Assembly: GCA_965230955.1 (NCBI GenBank)
Contig: OZ246404.1
Span: 782,321-846,320, forward strand
Origin: an uncultured Candidatus Saccharibacteria bacterium
Lineage (GTDB): Bacteria; Patescibacteriota; CALEFQ01
Length of the DNA stretch: 64,000 bases
Direction: 5' to 3'
This document shows, in pieces, positions 18,425 to 27,712 of this stretch. Each line of letters begins with the position of its first letter. The first letter of the stretch is position 1. The position numbers and the translations under genes were made by a program. Below the pieces are notes generated by a model. That model saw only the letters and a list, made by a program, of their open reading frames with translations. It had not been told where the DNA came from and ran no database searches.

Positions 18425-20008
18425 TTAGGCACCGAAAATCTGATCAATATCGGCCTTGGCTTTTTCATCCATCCGGCTCGGCACCGGCGGAGTGGAAGTC
18501 CCGGCTGGCAGAGGACGTGTCGGAATAGGAGGAGGATTCGGGCGAGACGGAGTTGACGGCACCGGCGGTTTGGTTGAAACCGGAGCAGTACTCGAAGCGG
18601 TCGGCAAAGAATTAGGCGCCGGCGCTTTTCGGGGAAATGTACCGATGTCGGAATCTGCCGGAACTGGGGCCGGACGCTTCACCGCCGGCATAAAGGTGGG
18701 CTGAGCAGAACCGACCGACCGGCGCGGTGCCACTGAAGGATTTGGACGAGGTGAAACAGCCGGACGAGAAACCGGGCGGTTTGGGGTCAGCCGTTTCATA
18801 TCGGTATGCATGGTGCGAGACAAACCCATCGCCGGCACCGGCTTAGGCTTACCGGGTAAAACCGGAGCCGGGGTGGAAGTGCCCTTCATTTGCTGACGAA
18901 GTTTTTCGATATCGGCCGTACTGGTTTGTGCTTGTTTTTTCCGCATCATCGACAAGACTAACCACAAAACGACAATTACCACAATTATAATTCCGCCAAT
19001 AATGAAATAATTTTTATAGGCCCAAAAATCAAAACCGGCGTTCGACGGAGATGTTGCCGGAGTCTCGGTCGGAGAATAGCTCGGCGCGGTGGTCGTGCCC
19101 GGAGTCGGACTGACAGAAGTCGTTCCGGCAGTTTGTGAAAATTGCAGGCTATAGGAACCAAAGAAAGATGGAGCCGGCGAAGAAATTTCCAGATAGACCT
19201 GCTGATTCGCTGTGGAATTATAGTCAATTGACAAGATAGCGCCATCGCTAGATCCATTGACCGTTTTGAGCACATTGTTGTTCTGGTCCAATAGCGCCGC
19301 CGTCAAATTCAGCTTAGCGGAAGGCACTATCTGCAGGCTGGCTGTTTTCCCCGCCACTAGCGAAAAAGTATAAATATCTTTGTCATCGGTCGAGCAATAC
19401 TTAGGCTGTTCACTGCTACCACAAGGATTTTTACCGATAAAATTCTTTTCAAAATTTACGGTCTCGGCCGTCAGCTGTAAATCCAGAGCACTGGTCAATT
19501 GATCTCCGGCATCGGTATTGGCTTCGGCATCGGAACGATCCGCCTTTTCAAAAGAAACTTTATAATTGAGACCGCCATTGGCCGCCCCCTCGGATTTGAC
19601 TTCAATATAAACAGTCTCGGGATTAGTCGAATTGACCTGCGTCAATCCTTTGTAGAAAAAAGCTTCGGCGTTGGCCATGCCATCTGCCACCACCTGGCTC
19701 GACGACAATTTTGCGCCCTGAGCGTTCAAAACATTTATAATCAGCTTGCTGTCCGCTTGCCCGTTCTTGGTGGCACTGCCGAAAGCCCGAAGCTGGTAGC
19801 CGGCGCGGAGATCAATTTTAAAATTATCGGTTTCCCCATTCTTTAAAATTCCTTCGACTTTGGCGCCTTCCTGGACCGACTCGGCCGAAGCTAAACCGGG
19901 AGAAAGAGTTGCCAGATCAGCCGCCCCGGCCGTCAAATAAAAACCCAGCCCCAAAACGGCAAATAAAGACAGTATTAAACCAAACCAGTGAGAAGTTATT
20001 TTTCTCAT
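18425..20008 (-). CDS. membrane-spanning surface protein with two PPC-like beta-sandwich domains, a Thr/Pro-rich stalk, a TM helix and a proline-rich cytoplasmic tail (hypothetical)
   Basis: Signal peptide. GETDNFKIDL and DKDIYTFSLVAGKTASLQI resemble pre-peptidase C-terminal domains. TPGTTTAPSYSPTETPATSP linker, then a TM helix YFIIGGIIIVVIVVLWLV, then a P-rich tail. Confidence 0.4.
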   Translation of the reverse strand: MRKITSHWFGLILSLFAVLGLGFYLTAGAADLATLSPGLASAESVQEGAKVEGILKNGETDNFKIDLRAGYQLRAFGSATKNGQADSKLIINVLNAQGAKLSSSQVVADGMANAEAFFYKGLTQVNSTNPETVYIEVKSEGAANGGLNYKVSFEKADRSDAEANTDAGDQLTSALDLQLTAETVNFEKNFIGKNPCGSSEQPKYCSTDDKDIYTFSLVAGKTASLQIVPSAKLNLTAALLDQNNNVLKTVNGSSDGAILSIDYNSTANQQVYLEISSPAPSFFGSYSLQFSQTAGTTSVSPTPGTTTAPSYSPTETPATSPSNAGFDFWAYKNYFIIGGIIIVVIVVLWLVLSMMRKKQAQTSTADIEKLRQQMKGTSTPAPVLPGKPKPVPAMGLSRTMHTDMKRLTPNRPVSRPAVSPRPNPSVAPRRSVGSAQPTFMPAVKRPAPVPADSDIGTFPRKAPAPNSLPTASSTAPVSTKPPVPSTPSRPNPPPIPTRPLPAGTSTPPVPSRMDEKAKADIDQIFGA

Positions 20009-20075
20009 ATTTTTGCTTAATTTATTTGCCTAAATTATAACACGCTCACGGTAATTTCCGCAAACTTCGCTTAAG

Positions 20076-20372
20076 CTAATAGCCCAGTCGATTTAGCACA
20101 AGTTCAAAACCGTTTTTCCCGTGTTTCAGCCAATGGGCGACGCGGGTAATGGTTGCGGTGGACGCGCCGGTTTTGGCTTCGATTTCGCGATAGGGGATCT
20201 CGTTTTTCAACATCAAAACAATCTCCCAGCGCTGGGACAAATCCCGGAGCTCCTTCAGCGTACAAAGATCACGAAAGAAACGCTCGCAATCATCGAGCGT
20301 CTGCAGCTTCAAAAAAGCCTTGAAAAGCCGCTTGGTCTGGGGAGTGCTGAATTTTGCCTCAATGTTCTCCAT
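20076..20372 (-). CDS. TrpR-like / YerC-YecD family DNA-binding protein
   Basis: About 100 aa with helix-turn-helix EIAKTGASTATITRVAHWLKHGKNGF and the YerC-type N-terminal region. Confidence 0.6.
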   Translation of the reverse strand: MENIEAKFSTPQTKRLFKAFLKLQTLDDCERFFRDLCTLKELRDLSQRWEIVLMLKNEIPYREIEAKTGASTATITRVAHWLKHGKNGFELVLNRLGY

Positions 20373-20601
20373 ATTATTTTGCTTTAGCGTTTTATCACAC
20401 TAACATGTTAACACAAAAAGATCAGGGATTCAAAAGGTAACATCCCTTCACATCGACTAACTTCATACCGGTTCACCCGGCGGCTATTTTGCATTCTGAA
20501 TTTTACATTTTGAATTCGAAAGATAGGGGAATGACTCCCCTCTTTTATGATCAAAAAAAATTACTCCAGTCCTTTTGGCGCGGCCAAAAAAATTAATATT
20601 T

Positions 20602-20633
20602 AAATAGGGGAGGTCGGCGACTCTCCCCTATTT
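20602..20633 (-). terminator. hairpin terminator (aaataggggag-gtcggcgac-ctcccctattt)
   Basis: An 11-bp perfect inverted repeat immediately 3' of the 20641..21756 stop, with an A/T run on both sides. Confidence 0.5.
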
Positions 20634-20640
20634 ACCGCTT

Positions 20641-21756
20641 TTAGAAATTGAATTCTTGGTTGGCCAGGATCTTCTCTTTTCGACCATCGGCGTATACCAG
20701 CCAGGTTTCCGGGCGCAGTGTCACACAATCTTGGTGATTTAGCGCCTTGATATTTCCGTCATAATCTATTCCGAAAGCAATGTGCATAGTGCCATAGACC
20801 TTTTCCGCTTCCATCAAACCCACGCCGGGATATATTTTCGACTGGCGATTAATACCGATACCCACCTCGCCGATCGCCGTGATATTTTGGCGGTATTCGC
20901 TTTCTTCCGATTTTTTCAGGCGTTTTTGCTTGACCAGTTTTTTGATCCGCTCTTCAATCTGGCTGAAATTATCGCGCAAGAGATTGGCGTCCGCGCCGCC
21001 TTCTACTTTTACCGCTCGCCCGCCGCGAAAAACAACCCGAACCGGCTGGCGCGGCTGAATTGTTCCGGACAAGGTAGTCAGAACACCGTCAAGCATGATC
21101 GAACCGTTTGTTTGGCCGGGTACCGGGGAATAGAAGACTTCCCCACTGGGTAAATTTCCGTATAGTCCGGGCAGATGATACCGAGCATCATCCGAAAAAG
21201 GATTAAATTTGGAGATATCTATTTCCAATTGTTCCCGCTGACCGGTTTTGATCAAAATTTTTCGCGCCTGCTTCAGCCGCCGGTATAATTTTTGTCCCAG
21301 CGAACCCATCTCGGCGTGATCAACGTCATTTAATCTAACAAAATCCTGCGTGCTGAGGCTCGAAGTCCAGAAACCCCGCATGTACTTCTTCTCAAACAGA
21401 TAAAAACGGATATCATGTTTGGCTAAATGACTGCTGACTCCGCGGTACGGTTTTTGGGTACCCTCGGCATCGGCTCCGGTTGACTTTTTACTGACGCCGA
21501 TAAAAACATTCGGCTTTTTCTTGAAAGCTTCCAAAACCTGCGGCTCCATGAAGTCTGCCGATGTTTTTGGTTCTTGGAAAACCAAATTAGGCCGGGCGCC
21601 GGCATTATGAGCCGCCGCCACCATGGCCATGGCAATTTGTTGCAATTCCCGGTCCGGATTCGTGACTACCAGGACATTTTCTCCGGATTTAATCCGCAAC
21701 ACCCGGCTAACAATTTTTTCCGATGTTTTTCGCAGGTCGGCTTTAATGCGCAGCAT
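20641..21756 (-). CDS. aminopeptidase, probably M29 (AmpS/PepS-like) family
   Basis: EVFYSPVPGQTNGSIMLDG and GTMHIAFG resemble the M29 metal-binding motifs. The length is about 370 aa. Confidence 0.5.
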   Translation of the reverse strand: MLRIKADLRKTSEKIVSRVLRIKSGENVLVVTNPDRELQQIAMAMVAAAHNAGARPNLVFQEPKTSADFMEPQVLEAFKKKPNVFIGVSKKSTGADAEGTQKPYRGVSSHLAKHDIRFYLFEKKYMRGFWTSSLSTQDFVRLNDVDHAEMGSLGQKLYRRLKQARKILIKTGQREQLEIDISKFNPFSDDARYHLPGLYGNLPSGEVFYSPVPGQTNGSIMLDGVLTTLSGTIQPRQPVRVVFRGGRAVKVEGGADANLLRDNFSQIEERIKKLVKQKRLKKSEESEYRQNITAIGEVGIGINRQSKIYPGVGLMEAEKVYGTMHIAFGIDYDGNIKALNHQDCVTLRPETWLVYADGRKEKILANQEFNF

Positions 21757-22015
21757 TTTTTATTATTTGATTAATTAATGATACCGAGACTCTGATAAAA
21801 AAAAGCGAGCCCGTCGCCGAGCTCGCTGTATTGATGATCTAGATAAAATTATTAGTCATACAGCAACTCGGGTCCGGTAGCCATAATCCAACGACAAATA
21901 TGGCCACCGAAGTGGGACAAGCTCGCGTTACCATGATTATAGAAAGTTGCTGAATTCATATTGAGGTCACTTTATCGCGATAAAACAAAATTGTCAAACT
22001 CGTTATGCACATTTT

Positions 22016-23122
22016 CTAACGCGACGCTCGCGGTTTGATGGTTATTTCCGCTATTTTTTTGGGCGAGTGAGTTAACAATTTATATCCGTCAGAGGTCATC
22101 AAAACATCATCTTCAATCCGGACTCCGCCTTTACCCGGCAGATAAATCCCCGGCTCAATCGTGAAAATCATATTCGGCCGGAGCGGGATATCGGTCCCCA
22201 ATCCTTTTTTGCTGCCGAAATGGGGCAATTCGTGGACTTCCAAACCGATGCCGTGGCCGATACTATGCGGAATGACCCATTTATGATCATCTTTCATCAT
22301 CTGCTCGACCAAATGATGCATCTCCCAAGCGGTGATTCCCTGACGCAATAATGACAATGCCTTTTTCTGAGTATGATAAACCCTCTGGTATATATCGGCC
22401 ATTTTTTTGTCAGGTTTTCCGTAGAAAATAGTCCGGGTAATATCGGAAACGTAACCGCGGTATTTGACTCCGTAATCCAGTAAAATAGTGTCGCCGATTT
22501 TCAAGCGCCGAGAAGTCGGCTCATGATGCGAACAGCTGGAATTGGCGCCAAAACCGACTACAAACCGGAAAGCGCGCTGATCGGCACCGCGGTCGCGCAT
22601 ATAACGCTCCAGTTGCCAAGATAATTCAGACTCGGTGATCCCCGACCGTAAAATACAGCAAACAAAATCGAAACCATCATCGGCAATTTGACAAGCTTGC
22701 TGGGCCAATTTGATCTCAGCCGGAGTTTTGACCAACCGAAGCAGATTGATCGTATGCTTCGTGCAAATATAGTGACGATGATTATTACGATCCAGCAATT
22801 TGAAAAGAGCGAGATCCTTAAAAGGGATCGTTTCTTCGAAACCGAGTCGTTGCCCGCGACATTTTTGGAAAGTGGCACTGATAATTTGCCGAGGATTGGT
22901 GAGCAAATTGATCACTTGCCAACCAATTGCTTCCCGTTTCGCTTGCTGGAAAGAAGCATTCATAATCAGAAGGAACTTCTGGCGCGGAGTGATCAACAAA
23001 GTAGCGCTATCCTCGCCTTTGTAACCGCTCAACCAGCGAACATTTTCTGATTTAGTAACTAAAAAAACAGCCAACTTTTGTCGGATCATTTGCTGTCTTA
23101 ATTGCCAGACGCGTTCATTCAT
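22016..23122 (-). CDS. Xaa-Pro aminopeptidase / M24-family peptidase
   Basis: Pita-bread fold metal ligands in LLDYGVKYRGYVSDITRT, HSIGHGIGLEVHE and IFTIEPGIY...GGVRIEDD. Confidence 0.85.
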   Translation of the reverse strand: MNERVWQLRQQMIRQKLAVFLVTKSENVRWLSGYKGEDSATLLITPRQKFLLIMNASFQQAKREAIGWQVINLLTNPRQIISATFQKCRGQRLGFEETIPFKDLALFKLLDRNNHRHYICTKHTINLLRLVKTPAEIKLAQQACQIADDGFDFVCCILRSGITESELSWQLERYMRDRGADQRAFRFVVGFGANSSCSHHEPTSRRLKIGDTILLDYGVKYRGYVSDITRTIFYGKPDKKMADIYQRVYHTQKKALSLLRQGITAWEMHHLVEQMMKDDHKWVIPHSIGHGIGLEVHELPHFGSKKGLGTDIPLRPNMIFTIEPGIYLPGKGGVRIEDDVLMTSDGYKLLTHSPKKIAEITIKPRASR

Positions 23123-23214
23123 AAAAATTTATATCAGTATACCGAGATTGATCAGTTTTGTCAAACACTAGAGCAAAATTAGACTTTTTGAAGGAAAAAA
23201 TCTAGAATAGACTC

Positions 23215-23688
23215 ATGGGAAAAATTTTGGCCAAAAACAAGCGAGCCTTTTTTGATTATGAGATTATTGAGCAATTTGAAGCCGGTCTGGTCTTAAAAGG
23301 CATGGAAGTAAAATCAATCCGCCAGGGCCAAATCAGCCTGGCGGGTAGTTATATTATCCTGAAACAACCACGGGGCACTCTAAAATTACCCGATGTTTGG
23401 TTAATCAACGCTTCTATCCCACGTTATGCCAAAACCAATAAAAACATACCTTACGATCCACTCCGTTCTCGGCAACTCCTGTTAAAAAAGTCCGAAATCC
23501 GCCAGCTAATCGGTCAAAAGCAAGAAAAAGGCTTGACCGCAATACCCTTGACAGTATATAGTAAAAGAGGCAAAATAAAGGTTGGCTTCGGTCTGGGACG
23601 CGGTAAAAAGAAGTATGATAAGCGTCAAGACATGAAAAAACGTGAAGATGAAGCCAATATCCGCCGGGCGCTACGCCACAAGGCTTGA
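23215..23688 (+). CDS. smpB: SsrA-binding protein SmpB
   Basis: IAKNKRAFFDYEIIEQFEAGLVLKGMEVKSIR and the C-terminal basic tail. It lies directly upstream of the tmRNA. Confidence 0.9.
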   Translation: MGKILAKNKRAFFDYEIIEQFEAGLVLKGMEVKSIRQGQISLAGSYIILKQPRGTLKLPDVWLINASIPRYAKTNKNIPYDPLRSRQLLLKKSEIRQLIGQKQEKGLTAIPLTVYSKRGKIKVGFGLGRGKKKYDKRQDMKKREDEANIRRALRHKA

Positions 23689-23751
23689 ACCTTAAAAACA
23701 TGCTTTCATCAAATTTTTGACTTTTTAACTTTGACTTTTGACTTATTTCCT

Positions 23752-24138
23752 GGGGATGCCAGGCATCGATGGATATCTAAAACTAATCACACTAGTCGAG
23801 CGTCACCAAGAGTCTCGTTAAACCACCTTGGTATCGATAAGTGTCAAAACATTTATCAGCAATGTGAAGTCAGCATTTGCTCCTTCCTTTGCACCTGCTA
23901 TCGCTTAATACCGATAGCTATCTCACTTAGCTGACCTGACAGTTGAGACCGAGGTATTATATTTTTCAGGCGTAGGTGATAATCTTGTCCTAGATTGTCA
24001 CTGAACGATTAAGGACTGGGCGCCGGTTATTTCGCTCGTCTTTGAGACCGGAGCCGACAAAAGCAAGATGAGCTAAGCTGGTAGACGTGATTGGTCGCTG
24101 ATATTCAGACGGGGGTTCAACTCCCCCCATCTCCACCA
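23752..24138 (+). ncRNA. ssrA: tmRNA (ssrA), standard one-piece form
   Basis: The 5' GGGGAUG pairs with the 3' CAUCUCC. A GGCAUCGAUGG D-loop analogue is present. The 3' end has the T-arm GGGGGUUCAACUCCCCC plus ACCA. It is about 387 nt long and sits immediately after smpB. Confidence 0.85.
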
Positions 24139-24362
24139 ACCCACTCACTCGCCTACGGCGAGCGGTGGAAATCCAAAGTTAAAAGGCAAAGATTTAAAAA
24201 AACCTAAAGTTTAAAAAATTATTTTTAGACTTTAGATTTTCAGTCTCTTTTGAATTTTAATTCTTTAGTTTTTACATTTTCTAATAAGTTATCGCTCACC
24301 GACTCTTCTCTACCCGACCAATAAATCGTGTAAGAGAGCGGCGATGCACTATCACCAAACCT

Positions 24363-24926
24363 ATTTTAACGAGCAAAAAAATCAGAGTAAACCGGGAAAT
24401 CATCGCCCCGGAGTTAAAAGTGATCGATGATGCCGGAAAGCAATTGGGCGTGCTGAAACTGTGGGATGCCCAAAAATTAGCTCAGGAAAAGAATCTCGAT
24501 CTGGTCGAGGTCTCGTCTCAAGCTCGGCCGCCCATCGCCAAATTGATGAATTACGGCCAGTACCAGTATCGCCTCATCAAACAGCAAAAAAAATCACGGG
24601 CCAAATCAAAAAAGATCGAAACCAAGGGTATCCGGATCGGATATCGCACCAGTGAACACGACTTGCAATTCAAAGCCGATCAAGCCACCAAGTTTCTCAA
24701 GGAAGGACATCGCCTGAAAATCGAACTGGTGCTCCATGGTCGGGAGAAAGGGCAAAAGAAACTGGCCTTCGAAAGACTTGACTCTTTCATCAAGAATATG
24801 ATAAAAACAAAGACAGTCGTCGTTCAGCAACCCAAATTTATCGGCTTTGGGATCGTAACATTCATTACCGCCGATCGAGTTGCTAATACTAATCCCCCTA
24901 CCAATCCCAATGAAATCAAACAGTAG
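24363..24926 (+). CDS. infC: translation initiation factor IF-3; the reading frame is open upstream of the track's GTG at 24420, and the probable start is a non-AUG codon (ATT near 24363)
   Basis: The conserved N-terminus KKIRVNREIIAPELKVIDDAGKQLGV is encoded upstream of the first GTG/ATG. IF3 classically uses an AUU start for autoregulation. It overlaps rpmI by about 17 nt. Confidence 0.8.
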   Translation: MLTSKKIRVNREIIAPELKVIDDAGKQLGVLKLWDAQKLAQEKNLDLVEVSSQARPPIAKLMNYGQYQYRLIKQQKKSRAKSKKIETKGIRIGYRTSEHDLQFKADQATKFLKEGHRLKIELVLHGREKGQKKLAFERLDSFIKNMIKTKTVVVQQPKFIGFGIVTFITADRVANTNPPTNPNEIKQ

Positions 24927-25092
24927 CACAACCAAACGATTCAAAAAAACCGGCACCGGGAAAATCATGCACCGCTACGCTTCCCAGGATCATTTTAATA
25001 CCCGCGATTCCGGCAAGGCCTCGCGCAAGAAACGACGACCCTATCGAGTCGCCAAGGAAAATCATAAGACGCTTAAAACACTGTTGAAATAA
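24910..25092 (+). CDS. rpmI: 50S ribosomal protein L35 (the track ORF 24880..25092 includes an upstream in-frame extension; the likely start is MKSNSS)
   Basis: TKRFKKTGTGKIMHRYASQDH...KKRR is the L35 signature. It has the classic infC-rpmI-rplT order. Confidence 0.85.
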   Translation: MKSNSSTTKRFKKTGTGKIMHRYASQDHFNTRDSGKASRKKRRPYRVAKENHKTLKTLLK

Positions 25093-25096
25093 TTAT

Positions 25097-25447
25097 ATGG
25101 CTAGAGTAAAACGAGGCGTCCCCTCCAAAAAACGCAAGAAAAATATTCTCAAGCGCGCCCGCGGATTCATCCACGGACGCAAAAAGCTGATCAAGCGCGC
25201 CAAAGAAGCCACTGTTTGGGCCGGCAAGCGCGCCTATTACGGCCGCAAGGTGCGCAAGCGCTTTTTACGATCCCTCTGGGAAGCGCGGCTCAATGCTCTC
25301 CTGCGAGCGGAAGGCACCCGCTACAGCGTTTTCATGAATCAAATGAAGACCGCCAAGATCGGACTGAACCGAAAAATGCTGGCCACACTGGCCAGTGACG
25401 AGCCGAATGCGCTGAAAGCGATCATCAAGGAAGTGGGAAAGAAATAA
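25097..25447 (+). CDS. rplT: 50S ribosomal protein L20
   Basis: MARVKRGVPSKKRKKNILKRARGF...RAYYGRKVRKR. Confidence 0.9.
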   Translation: MARVKRGVPSKKRKKNILKRARGFIHGRKKLIKRAKEATVWAGKRAYYGRKVRKRFLRSLWEARLNALLRAEGTRYSVFMNQMKTAKIGLNRKMLATLASDEPNALKAIIKEVGKK

Positions 25448-25457
25448 TCTAAGATAT

Positions 25458-25497
25458 AAAAACAGCGGCGGCCTCAAGACCGCCGCTGTTTTGTTTT
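25458..25497. terminator. bidirectional rho-independent terminator (aaaacagcggcgg-cctcaaga-ccgccgctgtttt)
   Basis: A 13-bp stem flanked by an A-run and a T-run, between the convergent rplT (+) and ferredoxin (-) genes. Confidence 0.6.
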
Positions 25498-25502
25498 GAA
25501 TT

Positions 25503-25700
25503 TTATTCCTGCCAACTGATGATTTGCACGGGACATTCGCGGATCGCACGATCAATACTGTCCGTCTCCTTGGTATAGTCCGGCAAGGCGATGACCTCGG
25601 ATTTGCCGTCATCGGCCATGCGGAATACAGCCGGCGCCACCGCCTGACAGTTTCCGCATGAAATACAGTTTTCGCGAGGATTGAGAATTGGTTTTGGCAT
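25503..25700 (-). CDS. small [4Fe-4S] ferredoxin
   Basis: 65 aa with CISCGNC...CP cysteine spacing. Confidence 0.7.
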   Translation of the reverse strand: MPKPILNPRENCISCGNCQAVAPAVFRMADDGKSEVIALPDYTKETDSIDRAIRECPVQIISWQE

Positions 25701-25718
25701 GATTTTTGTTTTACAAGC

Positions 25719-25751
25719 AGGGGCGGCCTGCCGATTCGGCAGGCCGCCCCT
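25719..25751. repeat. GC-rich perfect palindrome aggggcggcctgccgattcggcaggccgcccct ('ccgaatcgg'-core family)
   Basis: A 14-bp stem. The same core, gcc(c/t)gccgaatcggc(g/a)ggc, is seen in the two hairpins at 43248-43356. Confidence 0.5.
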
Positions 25752-25759
25752 ATTGATAT

Positions 25760-26389
25760 CTAATAATCTAAGGTGACCGTTTCGATAATTCTTTCGAATT
25801 GAGACCGATTTTCATCCCCCGCCGAGCTGAAGGTGAAAAGATTATCTCCTTTTTTGACCAAGATATAATCCTCTTGCAACTGGTCATTTTCTTCCAGCGG
25901 ACTGCGCACCCACAAGCGAAGTGCCCTGATACCATCAACGGTAGTTTCTTGTTTCAGTAAAATTGTCCCCCGATTAAATTCTGATACGAATTGATCGAGA
26001 CTTTTTTCACCGACAGTCTGAACGTGGACCGTAATCGAAGTGCCGCGGCTATTAGCGGTGCCGTGTTTAATCAATTGAACCAAAGTTTTCGGATTTTGAT
26101 CCGTCAGTAACTGGGCTCCAGAAGCATTGACGGTTAAATCAGACGGATAACGCAACGTCAATCGGTATTCGTCATTATTGAACATGGACCAATCGCGATA
26201 GCCGACGTTTTCCGCCAAATTTGGATTACCTGTTTCTGGCGTACTTTTGTCGGTCTGAACCTGGCGCAGTAAATCACTGCCGCTGGCGCGCAAATTCCTC
26301 ACCTGAGACCAATCAAAATACTTGGCCGAAAAACCGATCACGCCCACGACGGCAATAGTGATAGCGCCGATGACAATAAGATTTTTCAT
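25760..26389 (-). CDS. N-terminally membrane-anchored hypothetical protein
   Basis: ORF track. A single N-terminal TM helix. No motif recognised. Confidence 0.4.
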   Translation of the reverse strand: MKNLIVIGAITIAVVGVIGFSAKYFDWSQVRNLRASGSDLLRQVQTDKSTPETGNPNLAENVGYRDWSMFNNDEYRLTLRYPSDLTVNASGAQLLTDQNPKTLVQLIKHGTANSRGTSITVHVQTVGEKSLDQFVSEFNRGTILLKQETTVDGIRALRLWVRSPLEENDQLQEDYILVKKGDNLFTFSSAGDENRSQFERIIETVTLDY

Positions 26390-26447
26390 ATGTGATTACT
26401 TATATTTAGTAATCATAGGATATCACAAGATCGCCCTTTTGTCAAAG

Positions 26448-26981
26448 TCAAAGCAGTAATTGAATCCCGATAGTCCCTTCGGCCACAATATTTTCTACCC
26501 TCTGATCAGCCTGAGTACCGCCAGTGACGACTATTTTATCGAAATTCTGCTCAGTCTCGCTGGAAGTGTATTCGAAGACATAATCCGCCCCTGATTTATT
26601 CAGCTTCCCGAGATATTTTGTCTCTCCCCCCTCGATTTGGGTCAGCCAAACGGCATAAAAACCGGCGGCATCCGGATCGGGCAGTTTAAGGGTAATTTTC
26701 AGAAGATGCTCATCAGCCCTAGCCGATTCCTTCGTCAACTCACCCAAAACATTCTGGCCGGTGGGATCCGTCAACGTGGTATGGCGGATCAACTGGTCAA
26801 TCGCTGGCGTCACGGTTGGGGTCGGGGTCACTTGAGCCCGCGAATTATCGGGAAGTGACATGGCCACATCATTTTTATCTTCCCAACTAATGGCCATCCA
26901 AGACAGCCCTAAAATAACTACGATTAAAGCCAGAATAATCAAGAGCAGTCCGACTTTGGTTTTGCCGGCAGAACCTGACAT
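26448..26981 (-). CDS. N-terminally membrane-anchored hypothetical protein with a TPTPTVTP linker
   Basis: ORF track. TM helix, then a Pro/Thr linker. Confidence 0.4.
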   Translation of the reverse strand: MSGSAGKTKVGLLLIILALIVVILGLSWMAISWEDKNDVAMSLPDNSRAQVTPTPTVTPAIDQLIRHTTLTDPTGQNVLGELTKESARADEHLLKITLKLPDPDAAGFYAVWLTQIEGGETKYLGKLNKSGADYVFEYTSSETEQNFDKIVVTGGTQADQRVENIVAEGTIGIQLLL

Positions 26982-26998
26982 ATATTTTTATTTAATAA

Positions 26999-27712
26999 TC
27001 AATTTCCCAATAAAGACATCCACCGGGAAAAATTTCCCGTCAGCAATAAAACTCCGATGATAATCAAGATTACTCCCACTATCTTATTTACTATCTTAAA
27101 CCATTTTGCCCGCGCTGACAAAAATTTTTGCGCCCGATCAGCGGCCAGGCTGATAACGACCAATGGTACGACGAGCCCAAGAGAATAGAAAAGAAGTAGC
27201 AGTATCCCCTCCCGGATCGAACCTTCGACACCGGCTAAAACCAAGATGCCGGCTAAAATCGGGCTGACGCACGGCGTCCAACTGACCGAAAAAATTACTC
27301 CCCCAAAAAACGACAACAACCAAGGAGCTAATTTACGCCCGGAAAGCTTAGCGACACCGGTCTGATGCGACTGGCTAAAAAACGGAATCCTAATCAACCC
27401 CGCCGCAACCAAGCCCATCATGATCATAACCAGGCCACCGATACGTTCCAACCACAGATCGGATTGATGCAACCAAGAGGTCAACCAGCCGAGCGAAGCG
27501 CCGAGAGCCACAAAGACCAAAGTGAACCCGAGAGCAAACCACAGCGAGCTGATCAATAGCCGACTAGATTTATTTGGCAGCAGATCAGCCGCCGATAAAT
27601 TTACTCCCGCCAACCAAGCCAGCCAAGCGGGTAATAAAACAATCACACAAGGCGAAAAAAAAGACAGCAAACCTCCGGAAAAAGCAGTCAGAAAAGAAAC
27701 AGGATCATTCAT
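26999..27712 (-). CDS. ccdA: cytochrome c-type biogenesis protein CcdA (DsbD transmembrane-domain family)
   Basis: FSGGLLSFFSPCVIVLLP and WTPCVSP, the conserved Cys pair in TM1/TM4. It has six or more TM helices. Confidence 0.8.
   Translation of the reverse strand: MNDPVSFLTAFSGGLLSFFSPCVIVLLPAWLAWLAGVNLSAADLLPNKSSRLLISSLWFALGFTLVFVALGASLGWLTSWLHQSDLWLERIGGLVMIMMGLVAAGLIRIPFFSQSHQTGVAKLSGRKLAPWLLSFFGGVIFSVSWTPCVSPILAGILVLAGVEGSIREGILLLLFYSLGLVVPLVVISLAADRAQKFLSARAKWFKIVNKIVGVILIIIGVLLLTGNFSRWMSLLGN

Noticed and set aside
21840-21959. 40-aa minus-strand ORF (MNSATFYNHGNASLSHFGGHICRWIMATGPELLYD) between the M24 peptidase gene and the terminator
   Set aside because: It has no Shine-Dalgarno sequence and no recognisable motif, and the supporting evidence is too weak. 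I note it only as a possible small peptide.
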